Shown here piece by piece: positions 10,824-21,699 of a stretch of 64,000 nucleotides of DNA. The notes below the pieces were generated by a model that worked only from the letters and a program-made list of their open reading frames with translations, ran no database searches and was not told where the DNA came from. This stretch comes from Paramoeba atlantica (Eukaryota > Protista > Discosea), in NCBI GenBank assembly GCA_977017575.1, contig CDRNVI010000103.1, positions 62,001 through 126,000 of the forward strand, written 5' to 3'. Within the stretch, counting starts at the first letter, position 1; every line of letters begins with the position of its first letter. The translations under genes and the position numbers were made by a program.

Positions 10824-11657
10824 ATGGACGTTCCATCGACTCGTACATCGAAAGTCAGTGTTGTGAATCTCCCACAAGAGTATGAACTCGAGCGATTTGT
10901 CCGAGATGTAGAAAATCCTTACCCATCATGGAGTGTCGATACAGCCGCCTGTATGTGGGGTATGGTACAATGTGACGACAGTGGTCAAGTGCGAAAAATT
11001 AATTTTTGGGGTAAAAAATTGCTCGGTCAGCTAAACTTGAGGTATTTGCCGAAGTCAATATTAAAATTTAGTGCAGGGGTGAATCGTTTTACAGGTGAAG
11101 CACACCTTGACAATTTACCACCTCTACTATCCCACCTAGACTTGTGTTCCAATGGCTTTATTGGATCGCTAGAGCTGGCTTCTCTCCCTAGTGATATGGT
11201 CGAGCTCATACTTTATAAAAACAAATTTTCAGGTGATGTTTGTCTGAGTAGTCTGCCAGGTAAATTGAAAATTTTGGACCTTGGCAACAACGCTCTCACG
11301 GGAGCAGTTGATTTGGAACATCTTTCGAGCAGTATAGTGGAATTAATGCTAAACAACAATGAATTTTCTGGACCTGTCTGCCTGGAGCGCTTACCGCGTT
11401 TGAAAGAACTTAATCTGTCCAATAATAAATTCACTGGAACGCCTGCGTTCGTGCATCTTCCTCAAACGTTGAGAGTCCTTCTTCTTTATAACAATCAGTT
11501 CGAAGGGTTTGTAAAACTCAATACCTTTCCACGTCGTTTGAAGTATTTCGAATTACACGGAAACCTTCATCTCTTTGGTGAGATTTATTATGGGCGACTT
11601 CCCGACAACATGAAGTCGCTGGAGATTGATTGGACAAATTTCAAGGAAGACTGGTAA
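10824..11657 (+). CDS. Small LRR protein, paralog 3
   Basis: NLPQEYELERF, SWSVDTAACMWGMVQC and LRR repeats. Confidence 0.9.
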   Translation: MDVPSTRTSKVSVVNLPQEYELERFVRDVENPYPSWSVDTAACMWGMVQCDDSGQVRKINFWGKKLLGQLNLRYLPKSILKFSAGVNRFTGEAHLDNLPPLLSHLDLCSNGFIGSLELASLPSDMVELILYKNKFSGDVCLSSLPGKLKILDLGNNALTGAVDLEHLSSSIVELMLNNNEFSGPVCLERLPRLKELNLSNNKFTGTPAFVHLPQTLRVLLLYNNQFEGFVKLNTFPRRLKYFELHGNLHLFGEIYYGRLPDNMKSLEIDWTNFKEDW

Positions 11658-12048
11658 CATACATGTATAGAAGTTGTACGGAAGACGGCAAAGCTCTTCG
11701 TTTGGGGAACGAGATCTCTCGAATGCAACAAAAATAAACAAAAATGGACAACTGCAAAAATGAACAAAAAATCAAAATGCTGGGGTGTCTATAGAAGTCG
11801 TATGGATATCCCACTCTTGCAACAATTTCATACACACAGGAAGGCATGGAAATCTTGGGATACTAAAATCCGTAAACTTTGACTTCTTCTGAGGTTAAAA
11901 ACGGACCTTTTTTATCTACAATTCGTTCCACCCCGTCCACCATTTATTATCCCCAATATAAATTTATTTATGACCCCTTTTTTACACAAAAACAGTCTCT
12001 ATTTCACATTTTTACTTACCTCGTAATTACACACACACCACAACCTCA

Positions 12049-15000
12049 ATGTACGCCACGCCCACCTCCCCGAACACCCCACGTTCCCGCGTACATCGCA
12101 CCACCACCACCACCACCACCACCCTGTGGCTCTGTGCCACCACCCTACTGCTTGGCTACGGTAGTCTTCTCCTCTCCCCGTCCACGCGCCCCTCCCTTCC
12201 CTCTCTCCACGCCGTCGACGAGTACTTCCAAAACGAATTCGGACAAGCCATGACGGATGAGGACATGACCCGGGAGCTGCAGCACCACCCGGAGAGGTTC
12301 GGGGGGCAGGTGGGGCAGTACCCGATCCCCCCCGTGCAGGGCGGGGGGGGAGCGGGGGGGCGGGGGGGGCATGCCCCCCCGCAAGCCCACGGGTTCCATC
12401 CCTATGCCCCGCCCCAGCCCATGGGGGCGATGGGGAGAGGGGGTTTTGGAGGAGCAGCAGGAGGGGGTGGTTTTGGAGCAGGCCTAGGCCGCGGTAGAGG
12501 CCGAGGTTATGTCCCGGAACCACAACCCCAGGTGTATGAACCCCCGCCTCAGCCGTATGTACATGAGCCTGTGCCGGCTCCCCAACATGAGGGTCCGTGG
12601 GATACGGAGCTCACGTTTGAACAACGTCAGGCGATTCTGCAGCGCGTGTGGGAGGAGAAGACGTTTGGGAACTTCCCGAATAAAGGCGCGCTGGAGATTT
12701 TTCTGCGTAAACAGTTTGCGAATGCCTCAAAGGAGCAAATGCAGCAACTCGCGGAGAATGTGATGGACAGTGATGACGATAGTGAGGAGGACAGTGACGA
12801 GGATGAAGAGGACAGCGAGGAGGGGAGTGGGGAAGAAAGCGAAGGGGAAAGTACGGAGGCGTCAGAGGCAGCAACCCCGATGGAAGACACTTCCAGCGAC
12901 GCGCAAGTCGCGGCGGCACTGGCGGAAAGCTTTTCGGACGCCCCTGAGAAAAAAGACCATCCCGAGGAAAGTGCACAAGGCGCAGACGCGACCATGTCTG
13001 ACGCGGACGCCGCCTTTGACGATATGGAGCTCACCGAGGCTGCGGCACAGAGTCTTGTCTCTGCCTCCATCGTCGCCTTACCCGCCCTTAACTTTGACGC
13101 CGCGGCTCTTGGAGTGGAAGTCTTCTCCGGATTCGTCCCTGAAACTCTTTCCGCCCGGCGAGCACAACTCGTCAGTGCGATCCCCGTCCCCCCTGAACTG
13201 CGTTACGTGCCGGAAAACATTCAGCCCTTTGATCCCTCTCAAAACTATGCGGTTTCAGCATCGAAGGAAAAATCAGCTGTTCAAGAAGGGGAAATCTCCT
13301 CTCACACCTCTCGCTCAGCGGCTGCGCTGGAAGAAGCGTTGCGAGAGGCCTCTTTAACCCCCGCTCAGGACCGCTACGTGATGCACGTCGCTCGTGCCCG
13401 ACATCGTGAGGATCGGGGACGAACCAAAGGGAAAAGGTATCCTGACTTTTTAAAGGAATCCGAGCAGGAGGCGAAACGTGTGTTGGCGGCCGAACGCGTG
13501 CTTCGGGAACAGTACAACTACCAGGTCCAACTGCAGCAGCCACAAGAGGAAGCCCAGAAGAAAGATGAAGGCGAAAAAGAGAAGCCCAACCCACCCGCAG
13601 CCTCCTCATCCGAACCCAGCGCGAATGAACGGGTATTAGGCGAATACGGGGTCGCGGTTCTCGCGGCCCTACGTCGGGTTCCGGTTGTGCTCGACGGGGA
13701 GAACTACCTGCGTCTTCATCGTGTCCCGTTGTTGCACCAGGCCTCCTCTCGTGATCCTATGGGAGCCTACGGTGACTGGGTGCTCCGCACCGCCCAGGCG
13801 GTTCCCCAAGTGCTCTCGGCGGTTCGCTACCTTCGTCGTCACGCCCTTGTCCTTTCCCGGGACCTCCATGGGGAGGACTGGTCCGGGGCGTACGGCAGAG
13901 CGGCCGTGGATACCGCATTCCATGCCCCGGCGATTGTTGCCGCTCTCTCCCTGCTCCACGCCCAGGAGGACCGGAGCGCGATTCCCGCGGTCCCCTCCGA
14001 TGCCGCGGAACTCGTCTCTGGGGTATTTGCCGAGGCCGTGCTGGAGCTCGCTAAGAATCAGGGAACCGTACAGCACATTTTGACGTACATGCGCGAACGA
14101 CACTTTTTTCTTGTCAAACCCACGAGTGGTGGAAAGTTTGCCGTTCCGGTGGAATCGGACGCGCACAAGGAGGCGCAGAAGAAAAAAATAGAGCAGGAGA
14201 AATCCGTCCCCTCGGGGGATCCGGATGCGGAGAAAAAGAAAAAGCAAGAGGCGGCGGCGACCGAGGACGGGGGGAGTCAGAAAGAAGGTGAAACCACCCC
14301 GCTGGAACAGCTCTCGTTTACGGAGGTGCTTCGTCGGCTACGGGTCGCGATGGAGGACCACTTTGGGTATTATGACAACTCAAAGGCGGAGAACCCCGAG
14401 GGGTATCGCTGGGAGCAGAAAGGAAGCCAGCAATGGAGCTATGAGCGCCGCGAGGCGATTGCAAAAGCCCGGATGCGGCTACGCAAGCTGTTTGGCCTTG
14501 TCACGGATGACCCGTTGCAAATCTCCACGCTTGCGGGAACCGGGGAGGCGATTTTGGGTATTGCCGGGTGTCTACTCCCTCCCGAGGGAACCCCCGAGTT
14601 GCGAGCCATTGACGAGATGCCCGAGGAAATCGACAACGCCCCCTATCCCACACATGGTCACAAATACGTTGCAGGAGGTGAGGAAGAGGAAAGCTCTTCT
14701 TCTTCCTCCTCAAGCGAGCACGAGCACAAAAAAGAATCCGCCCCCTCCTCTCACCCCCATCAACCCTTTGCGGTCTACAAACAAGAAGGGCAAAAACAAG
14801 AAGAGGAAGGCACCGAAACGAACCCAGACCCCGACAGCGACACCCCCATGGATGAGGACGAGGAGATTCGTGCTACCATGCGTATGTTATCCGGGGGGAT
14901 GCATGCTGCCCCTGCCGTGAGTTCTTCAATGGCTGGATCCTCTTCTTCATCCTTTGCCCGTCCACATCCGAAACGGTCCCATCAAATCTCATCCAGCTCT

Positions 15001-16260
15001 CGCGCCCATGGCGCCATGGACTATGAGAAACTCTTAAGGGGACATGGGTTGGATGGGGAAGAGGACGATGATGAAGAAGAAGACCTCTATGGCGGCCATG
15101 GGGATCACGACGACATAGAGCACTGGCTACGGATGCAGCAGTCCATGGGGCCTCGACGAGGGAAAGGGGCCATGGCTTCTTCTTCTGCAGGTTTCGCTTC
15201 GGCCCCGGGAAAACGGGAAGAGTCGTCTTCGTCGTCTCGTAAACGGGATCGAATGGACAGAGGGGGGGGCATGTTTGGAGGCATGGCAGGAGGAGGCGGG
15301 ATGGATTTCCAAACCTTGCTGGGGATGCTAGGCGGGGGGGCTGGAGGGATGATGATGGGGGGAGCAGGAGGTGCTGGAGGTTTCGCTTCTCATCACCCCC
15401 ACGCCGGGGGTCATGGGATGGATGCGGAGGAACGCATGATGCGACGGATGGGGGGAGGTGGTGGTCGTCATCCGCGAAGTATGGCGGGGTTAGGAGGGAT
15501 GTCGGCGGGGGGACATTCCCATCATGGTATGGAGGGAGAGGATGAGGACGCGATGCTACGACTTGCGCAACAACGTTCGTTGAATGAACAACAGCAGGAA
15601 GGAGCCGCCGCCGCCGAGTCTCCCGCAGCCTCCTCGGATAACAAAAAACGGTTCTCCGACCCGGAACTCGCACGTCTCGCTGCCCATCCCCCACATAGTA
15701 TTAAAGAAGAGGATTACCAAATTGATCTCTATGGCACTTTTGTGGTCGAGGCTGCGTATCTACTCGGCACCAAGGGCGTCGACGTCGGCGGGGGTCAAAT
15801 CTATGGGGACTACGGGCGCAATGTCATGGAGAGCGCCGCGGAGCGGTTATCCCCTCCTGAACTTGCCGAGCTAAAACGAAAAGCACAAGCAGCGGTACGA
15901 CTGGAATGGTACCAACGCCGTAACGAGGCTCCGAGCGGAGGTATGATGGGAGGTATGATGGGTGGACATCCCTATGGAGGTGCCGGGATGGACCCCTATG
16001 GCGGGATGAATATCTTAGGCGGCCATGTGCCTCACCCCGCGATGGGACACCATCATGGGGGACGCCACCATGGGACTCAGGGGGATGCGGTGATGGAGAA
16101 CATGACTCCGGAGGATATTGAGAAGATGTTTGAGGTACAGGAACAGCGGGAGGCTCAGCAGAAGCAGGAGGCGGAGTCGCTGCGTGCCTCGGTGGAGCAT
16201 TTGAAGTCGTCCGTGGAGGGGGAGGACGAGGGCGAAACTCCGCAACTTAAACAGGAGTAA
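12049..16260 (+). CDS. Large hypothetical protein (1403 aa) with acidic and Gly/Met-rich regions and two UIM-like motifs
   Basis: Uninterrupted 4.2 kb ORF. SDAQVAAALAES and EDEDAMLRLAQQRSL fit the UIM consensus. Hydrophobic stretch near the N-terminus; start uncertain. Confidence 0.75.
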   Translation: MYATPTSPNTPRSRVHRTTTTTTTTLWLCATTLLLGYGSLLLSPSTRPSLPSLHAVDEYFQNEFGQAMTDEDMTRELQHHPERFGGQVGQYPIPPVQGGGGAGGRGGHAPPQAHGFHPYAPPQPMGAMGRGGFGGAAGGGGFGAGLGRGRGRGYVPEPQPQVYEPPPQPYVHEPVPAPQHEGPWDTELTFEQRQAILQRVWEEKTFGNFPNKGALEIFLRKQFANASKEQMQQLAENVMDSDDDSEEDSDEDEEDSEEGSGEESEGESTEASEAATPMEDTSSDAQVAAALAESFSDAPEKKDHPEESAQGADATMSDADAAFDDMELTEAAAQSLVSASIVALPALNFDAAALGVEVFSGFVPETLSARRAQLVSAIPVPPELRYVPENIQPFDPSQNYAVSASKEKSAVQEGEISSHTSRSAAALEEALREASLTPAQDRYVMHVARARHREDRGRTKGKRYPDFLKESEQEAKRVLAAERVLREQYNYQVQLQQPQEEAQKKDEGEKEKPNPPAASSSEPSANERVLGEYGVAVLAALRRVPVVLDGENYLRLHRVPLLHQASSRDPMGAYGDWVLRTAQAVPQVLSAVRYLRRHALVLSRDLHGEDWSGAYGRAAVDTAFHAPAIVAALSLLHAQEDRSAIPAVPSDAAELVSGVFAEAVLELAKNQGTVQHILTYMRERHFFLVKPTSGGKFAVPVESDAHKEAQKKKIEQEKSVPSGDPDAEKKKKQEAAATEDGGSQKEGETTPLEQLSFTEVLRRLRVAMEDHFGYYDNSKAENPEGYRWEQKGSQQWSYERREAIAKARMRLRKLFGLVTDDPLQISTLAGTGEAILGIAGCLLPPEGTPELRAIDEMPEEIDNAPYPTHGHKYVAGGEEEESSSSSSSSEHEHKKESAPSSHPHQPFAVYKQEGQKQEEEGTETNPDPDSDTPMDEDEEIRATMRMLSGGMHAAPAVSSSMAGSSSSSFARPHPKRSHQISSSSRAHGAMDYEKLLRGHGLDGEEDDDEEEDLYGGHGDHDDIEHWLRMQQSMGPRRGKGAMASSSAGFASAPGKREESSSSSRKRDRMDRGGGMFGGMAGGGGMDFQTLLGMLGGGAGGMMMGGAGGAGGFASHHPHAGGHGMDAEERMMRRMGGGGGRHPRSMAGLGGMSAGGHSHHGMEGEDEDAMLRLAQQRSLNEQQQEGAAAAESPAASSDNKKRFSDPELARLAAHPPHSIKEEDYQIDLYGTFVVEAAYLLGTKGVDVGGGQIYGDYGRNVMESAAERLSPPELAELKRKAQAAVRLEWYQRRNEAPSGGMMGGMMGGHPYGGAGMDPYGGMNILGGHVPHPAMGHHHGGRHHGTQGDAVMENMTPEDIEKMFEVQEQREAQQKQEAESLRASVEHLKSSVEGEDEGETPQLKQE

Positions 16261-16782
16261 GGAGCTTCAGAATACGAAATTCGATTAAACTTTTGTCAGC
16301 GAATGTGAAACTAGATTGTTAATGCTGAAATTGGTTTTTGCGAGACCCAGATTGGAGTCAAATAAATTTTCAGAGACTGTGGGTTTCGCTTTTGTTTTGC
16401 TTGATTTGACGCCGCTATCGTGCCGTGCTGAGATGTATTAAATATGTGGAAACAGCGACGTTCTGCTAAAAATTATAATTTTCCTACTTAAAAACTACGC
16501 TTGGGTATTTCATCCCTTTCCATGATTATTTTCCTTTGTTTAGATTCGCGAAGATTCGAATGTATTTTTCTCTCTTCGCTTGAGTCAGAATTTTTACAAA
16601 TGTATATTTGTGACCATAAAAATGAACTGTATTCCCTGGAACTTTTTTTTAATCATCTAATCCGAATCCATTAGCTTGTTTCCACTCATTTTTCGATCTT
16701 TTTACCTAACCCTCCTTTTTACCTAACCCTCCTTATTTCTTATTCCTTATTCCCCTTTACATCCCCCCTCCCCCTCTCTTCC

Positions 16783-17394
16783 ATGTCCCCTCCACCCCCC
16801 ACCCCCACCCCCTCCGTCTCCACCGCCCTCCTCTCCGCGGCCCACACCATCGAGCGCGCCCTGGACGACTCCCTCGCCGCCGATCTCCCCCCCTCCGACT
16901 CCCTCTCCGAGCTTCGCTCCCGTCGTCTGCACGAACTCCAACACATGGCGACCCGCAAAGCCCAGTGGCTCTCCAAGGGTCACGGGGGCTACGTGTGTAT
17001 CAACTCTGCAGCTGAGTTCTTTCACGCGGCTAAAAATCACGAACGTGTGATCTGCCACTTCTCACGCTCCAGCACGGAGCGCTGTGCGTTGCTTCGCACC
17101 CATTTGGAGCAACTCGCCAAGGTCCACTTTGAGAGTTACTTTATTGAGGTGGACGTGGAGCGACTGCCGGGGCTGGCCAGCCGGCTCCGGGTCTCGATGC
17201 TGCCCACTCTAGGGTTGGTGGAAAAGGGGAATCTGTTCCACAGCGTGATTGGGTTTGATGAGATGGGTGGGGGGGATGGGTTTCGCACGGAGGCGTTGGG
17301 GAGGGTGCTGGGGCGGTATGGGATGATCAATGTGAAGGGGATGTTTTTTAGGGACGGGGAGGGGGCGGAGGAGGAGGGGGAGGAGGAAGAATAG
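16783..17394 (+). CDS. TXNDC9: Phosducin-like protein 3 / TXNDC9-like
   Basis: RRLHELQ...KGHGGY...EFF...ERVICHF...RC...HLEQLAKVHFESYFIEVDVERLPGL...LPTL...VIGFDEMGG. Confidence 0.88.
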   Translation: MSPPPPTPTPSVSTALLSAAHTIERALDDSLAADLPPSDSLSELRSRRLHELQHMATRKAQWLSKGHGGYVCINSAAEFFHAAKNHERVICHFSRSSTERCALLRTHLEQLAKVHFESYFIEVDVERLPGLASRLRVSMLPTLGLVEKGNLFHSVIGFDEMGGGDGFRTEALGRVLGRYGMINVKGMFFRDGEGAEEEGEEEE

Positions 17395-17420
17395 AAACAA
17401 AAAAGGGGGAGGGGGAAATA

Positions 17421-17472
17421 CTGCCCCCCCCCTAGTTATCTGTCACCCCACCCCCCCTAGTTATCTGTCGCT
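17421..17472. mobile_element. Left end of family C element (CTG(T)CCCCCCCTAGTTATCTGTC)
   Basis: TA|CTGCCCCCCCCCTAGTTATCTGTC with a second CCCCCTAGTTATCTGTC; same motif at 39585, 59962 and near 63014. Confidence 0.65.
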
Positions 17473-17797
17473 TTTCGGTCCTAATAATAATGAAAGAAAA
17501 AAAAGGGTGGGGGGTCAGTAAGGTTGGAACGGTAAAGAATAAGATGCTTCAGTTTTCTTGATTACCGTCAAAGTACTTATCAATGGAATAAAAATCACTG
17601 GAATTAAAATGAACGGAATATTAGAGATTTGGACCCGAATGGCCAAACCTCTGTTACTGGGGGGTATGCTTTTTTGGTGGAAAAAGACCTTTGTTCATGG
17701 GTGCGTTGATTTTCTGCCCAAACAACCCCGCAACTACGACATTCGCTCCCGCGCAACCACCCTCACCCAGCCCAGCGATCCCCACCCGCTCAAACAC

Positions 17798-18310
17798 CGG
17801 TTGTAAAACTACCGCTCTACACTCGATTATTGAAAAAAAAGTGAACAAAAACAGTGAAAATATAAAGAGGAACACAGTAATATAATAGAAGAAAAAAATA
17901 TAAAAGGGGGCTCCGGTGGTCCAAAACTGAAAAAAAAATTGAAAAAAATGGGGGGTCCAGGGGGGGGGTCATGGTCGAGCAAATTTTTTCGAAAAAATTA
18001 GTTTTCGAAAAAAAACCGCAGAAAGGGTAGCCGGGGTCTTGGCGCGCATTTTCCACCCCCCTACCCGGGGGTGACCCCCCCGCGTATCCGCAGGACGGGT
18101 CCGCCAAGTTCGGATTTTTTCTGAAAAAAAAATTTGAAAACAATTTCAACTTGGCGAAAAAAATGGCAAAAAAAATATTTTTCCAAAATCGTTTCCCCTA
18201 TTGTATTTTGATAGTTTGTGACCTACACTAGCTTTCTCCGCAGTTGTTTTCGCAAGGTATCACTTCTTCGAACCGTGGTGCGCCCCTCAAAATGGCCCAT
18301 TTTTGATGGG
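17798..18310 (+). repeat. 3'-truncated copy of repeat family D
   Basis: Near-identical to the first ~510 bp of 51390-52283, starting GGTTGTAAAACTACCGCTCTACACTCG. Confidence 0.85.
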
Positions 18311-18877
18311 TCAATCATGAAATTTCTTTTTTTGAGCAAAAAGTACAATTTATTTTCGAGAGGATTTGCAAGGCACATTAGATCTGAAGGCACATGGATT
18401 TGACCAAAAAAAATGGTTCTAATATGGATCCTGACATCTCTCCTCAAGAACATGAAGTAGTAAATGTCGACAACATAAATATTGAATCCGATGATGCCAT
18501 GGGAGAATTCTCCCTTGACACCGACACCGAAGAAGAAGAAGGCGGACCAAGTGAAGAAGAGATTACTGTAATAGAGCGAATGCGAATTATTTAAAGGGCG
18601 ACACAAGAAGTATGCCCGTTGCCGACACGTCTGTACCACCAAGGTATAGAAACTGTATCTTAAAGGGCAACGTAGAATAAGAGGAAGAAGAAGACTTACA
18701 ACATTGTATATCAATTCAAAAAAAAATGGTATTCTCATTTTTTGGGTTATATTCGAGTTGAATGTTGACATCAGAAGTTAAAGCCCCATTCTCATTTTAC
18801 CATTGCATTCTCAATTTTACCAATTGAACGTTGACAGCCCAATTCTCATTTTTAGTGACTCAGAATAGTGACTTTTA

Positions 18878-18918
18878 CCGTATTATACGTCCTAGGTATA
18901 ATAAACCGGACGGTGGTT
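18878..18918. mobile_element. Isolated right end of MITE family J
   Basis: CCTAGGTATAATAAACCGGACGGTGGTT|TA, matching 33558-33584; a similar end lies at ~58110-58135. Confidence 0.6.
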
Positions 18919-19009
18919 TAGTTAGGGTATCACTATAATGCAGTAATTTGACTGTCATTTAGAGGAAATCGACACATCTCGTTTCTCTTTTTCTGTGTAT
19001 ACTATCACA

Positions 19010-19843
19010 ATGTTATTTTTCTTAGATGCTGCGGATAGAGTACCTAAAGCGGCTCGGGTGCGTGGAGCATCCCTCCCGCAAGAATATGAGCTCTGTCGTG
19101 TCTTGCATAACATTTCAAATCAGCATCGCTCATGGACTACAGAGACTCCCGCATGTAACTGGAAAGGTGTAACATGCGAGTCTGCAAAGATGCAAGTCAT
19201 TAAAATCAGGTGGGAGAATATGGGGCTTGAGGGAACTCTATCGTGGAGGTATATTCCAATGAGTGTACAAGTCTTGACTCTGGGTTGTTTCTTTAATTTA
19301 ACACCGAATGTAATCATAGGCTCGCTCCCTGTTTTTGAGTTGCCCTCACGGCTAACAAAATTCGTGGTGGACGGCAACAAGATGACGGGGAACATTGACT
19401 TGGAACATCTTCCTGCAGAGTTGATTTCTTTTGAAATAGCGGAAAATCGCTTTGATGGAACTGTATCTCTATCATCTCTACCTCGTCATCTGGATTTGTT
19501 AGATCTTCAACATAATCTGTTTTCTGGGGAACTTGATCTAACAAGATTATCTCCAAACTTGGAAACACTGAATTTGTCTGATAATATGTTTAGTGGTAAC
19601 TTGACTCTTAAGAATCTGTCAAAATCACTCGTACGACTTGAGCTAGACAATAACAAGCTAAGTGGAGAATTGGAGTTGCATTTTCTTCCACCTCAAATGA
19701 GGTGTCTTGTACTTAAGAATAATGCGTTTGAGGGACACCTTGACCTCCGAAATCTGTCAGAACATTTTACTATACTGGATCTTCGGGGTAATAACATCAC
19801 CTCCGTTGTGCCAACTCCTTTTCCACATTTTTTTAGAAAGTGA
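19010..19843 (+). CDS. Small LRR protein, paralog 4 (closest to paralog 1)
   Basis: LDAADRVPKAARVRGASLPQEYELCRVL; long stretches near-identical to 135-974. Confidence 0.92.
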   Translation: MLFFLDAADRVPKAARVRGASLPQEYELCRVLHNISNQHRSWTTETPACNWKGVTCESAKMQVIKIRWENMGLEGTLSWRYIPMSVQVLTLGCFFNLTPNVIIGSLPVFELPSRLTKFVVDGNKMTGNIDLEHLPAELISFEIAENRFDGTVSLSSLPRHLDLLDLQHNLFSGELDLTRLSPNLETLNLSDNMFSGNLTLKNLSKSLVRLELDNNKLSGELELHFLPPQMRCLVLKNNAFEGHLDLRNLSEHFTILDLRGNNITSVVPTPFPHFFRK

Positions 19844-19869
19844 TTTATAACCCCCCCCCCTCGCTTATA

Positions 19870-20237
19870 CAGTGGTTTCAATTGAACCCCCCCGCGGAAT
19901 TTTGAGTTTTTTGTCCGTTTTTGCTCATTTTTGTTACAAACGAGAGATCTCGTTCCCCTAGTGAAGCGCTTTGGCACCTCTTTTTTCACAGGAACCCCCT
20001 AGTGCTCATATGATGACCCGAAAAACAGCCAAAACAATATTTTTAATAAATACGAACCTTGGAAGGAAGTCTAAAATCATGTGTTTTGGACCCAGGGGGT
20101 ACCAGGGGGTCCCTACAAAAAAAGGGCAGCAAAGCGCTTCACCAGAGAAACGAGATCTATCCAATGCTGCGAAAATGAGAAAAAACATATAAAAAAACTT
20201 AAAATTCCGCGAGGGGGAAGATATCTTGAAACCACTG
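19870..20237. mobile_element. Tc1-type MITE family F (368 bp, CAGTGGTTTCA TIRs, TA TSD)
   Basis: TA|CAGTGGTTTCAA ... TTGAAACCACTG|TA. Inverted copy of the same length at 63287-63654. Confidence 0.88.
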
Positions 20238-20377
20238 TATATACACTTACGGTTATACAAGGCTGTATGTACACATACACTTATACACATACATGTATAT
20301 TGTAAATATTTATAATTTATAAATATCTTTATACACATATTTGCTACTTTCGCTTATATACACTTTATATACACTTA

Positions 20378-21574
20378 CACTGTCGTTCAGCTATAAGTCC
20401 CCCCCATCGAATTTTGAAAGACTGGTCTGTTTTTTATAATCTTTTTTTTAAACGTGTAGAGAATTTTACGTAGGTGCGTTTCCCGCCGCTTAAGTTGGTT
20501 TTTCGCGACTCATTAGGATCGAATTATTTTTTGAAAAAAAAATGAGCCGAACAAATGATTTTTTTACAAAAATGTTCCATTTTTTGATATATTTGCCGGG
20601 TAAAACCCCATAAATACACTCACCGCAGGAAAAGAAGATTACACAAAGACAAGCTTAATATCCAATATTCCACTCCCCGCTCTCCAACACCTTGTTCATA
20701 CGTTTTAAGTACTCTGAACACATTTTTTTGACCACCTCCCCCATTTCTCTCTGTACCCACTCAAACGTCACACGTAAAGCTTCCCGTAATTCAGTTCTAT
20801 TTTTGGGGCGAAGCGTTTCTTTTATGTAGCGCGCCATCATGGCCCAAATGTTTTCCACAGGGTTCAGGTCAGGAGACTTAGGAGGCCAGTCTAAGCGCCT
20901 GTTGATAATCTGAGCCTTTGTGATGGTGTGTGTCGGGGCGTTATCCAGCTGAAGCACCGCGTGTCTGTGATCGCGAATGTATCGTACAAAACCGATATCA
21001 TTCAACGCATCCCACACCGTGGTGGCCTTGATGGATAACCCCCCCTCAAAGATATGAAACCACCACCCATGAGTAACACTGTACCCCATCTACACCATAA
21101 CCCCCGGACCACCAGACCACAGATCATATTGTTCATTTGGGCTGGGCTCCAAGTGAGAAGTTCACGGGCCAGTGCAACGCGCTTCATGCGCTGCTCAGTT
21201 GTAAGTCCCAAGTCTTTGCTCTTACGTATGCGCCCGTAGTCGTCGCAATCCAATGCCCTCTTCACCGAGGAAATTGATCCTCCATGCGAATCTTTGATTC
21301 TTTCATGGATGGCGGCGAAGGAAAGACACCCATCTGGGTCTTCCCGTGCAAGCTCCAAACAAGCACGCCCTACGGTATCGGTCCGTTAAGGTAGTTTTTT
21401 TTCGTGGAACTCGCTCTGGGGTGGTCAAGTCATTTTTTCCATCGTACATTTTTACCCATTTTCGTACCTTTTTTTCATCAACTTTATATTTTTTAGAGAT
21501 GGAAGTGATGGAAGCACCGCATTTTCGTTCAATAACATACGAAAACGGGGGGGACTTATAGCTGAACGATGGTG
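20378..21574 (-). mobile_element. Tc1/mariner element 1 (~1.2 kb, ~28 bp TIRs, TA TSD)
   Basis: TA|CACTGTCGTTCAGCTATAAGTCCCCCC ... GGGGGGACTTATAGCTGAACGATGGTG|TA; contains transposase relic. Confidence 0.88.
20655..21540 (-). pseudogene. Tc1-like transposase pseudogene (DD29E spacing)
   Basis: HTH-like SITSISKKYKVDEKKVRKWVK in one frame, SFAAIHERIK...GRIRKSKDLGL in another, and LQLDNAPTH...LDWPPKSPDLNPVENIW. The first catalytic-Asp segment is deleted and GVMV*MGYS has TAG where element 2 has W. Upstream limit approximate. Confidence 0.85.
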
Positions 21575-21699
21575 TATACAGGGGGGATCATCAATATCGG
21601 GACCTCTCCCATTTTTGGGCCGTGGGTCCGTTTCACCTGATTTTTGTGGCAAAAGAGAGATCTCGACGCGAATATGGTCGGAACGACATTTTGCGCCTA

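Noticed and set aside
12145-16245. Many overlapping antisense and alternate-frame ORFs in the large genes (also 42563-43749, 44623-48489, 53913-55472)
   Set aside because: Shadow ORFs of GC-rich or low-complexity coding sequence with no recognisable motifs.
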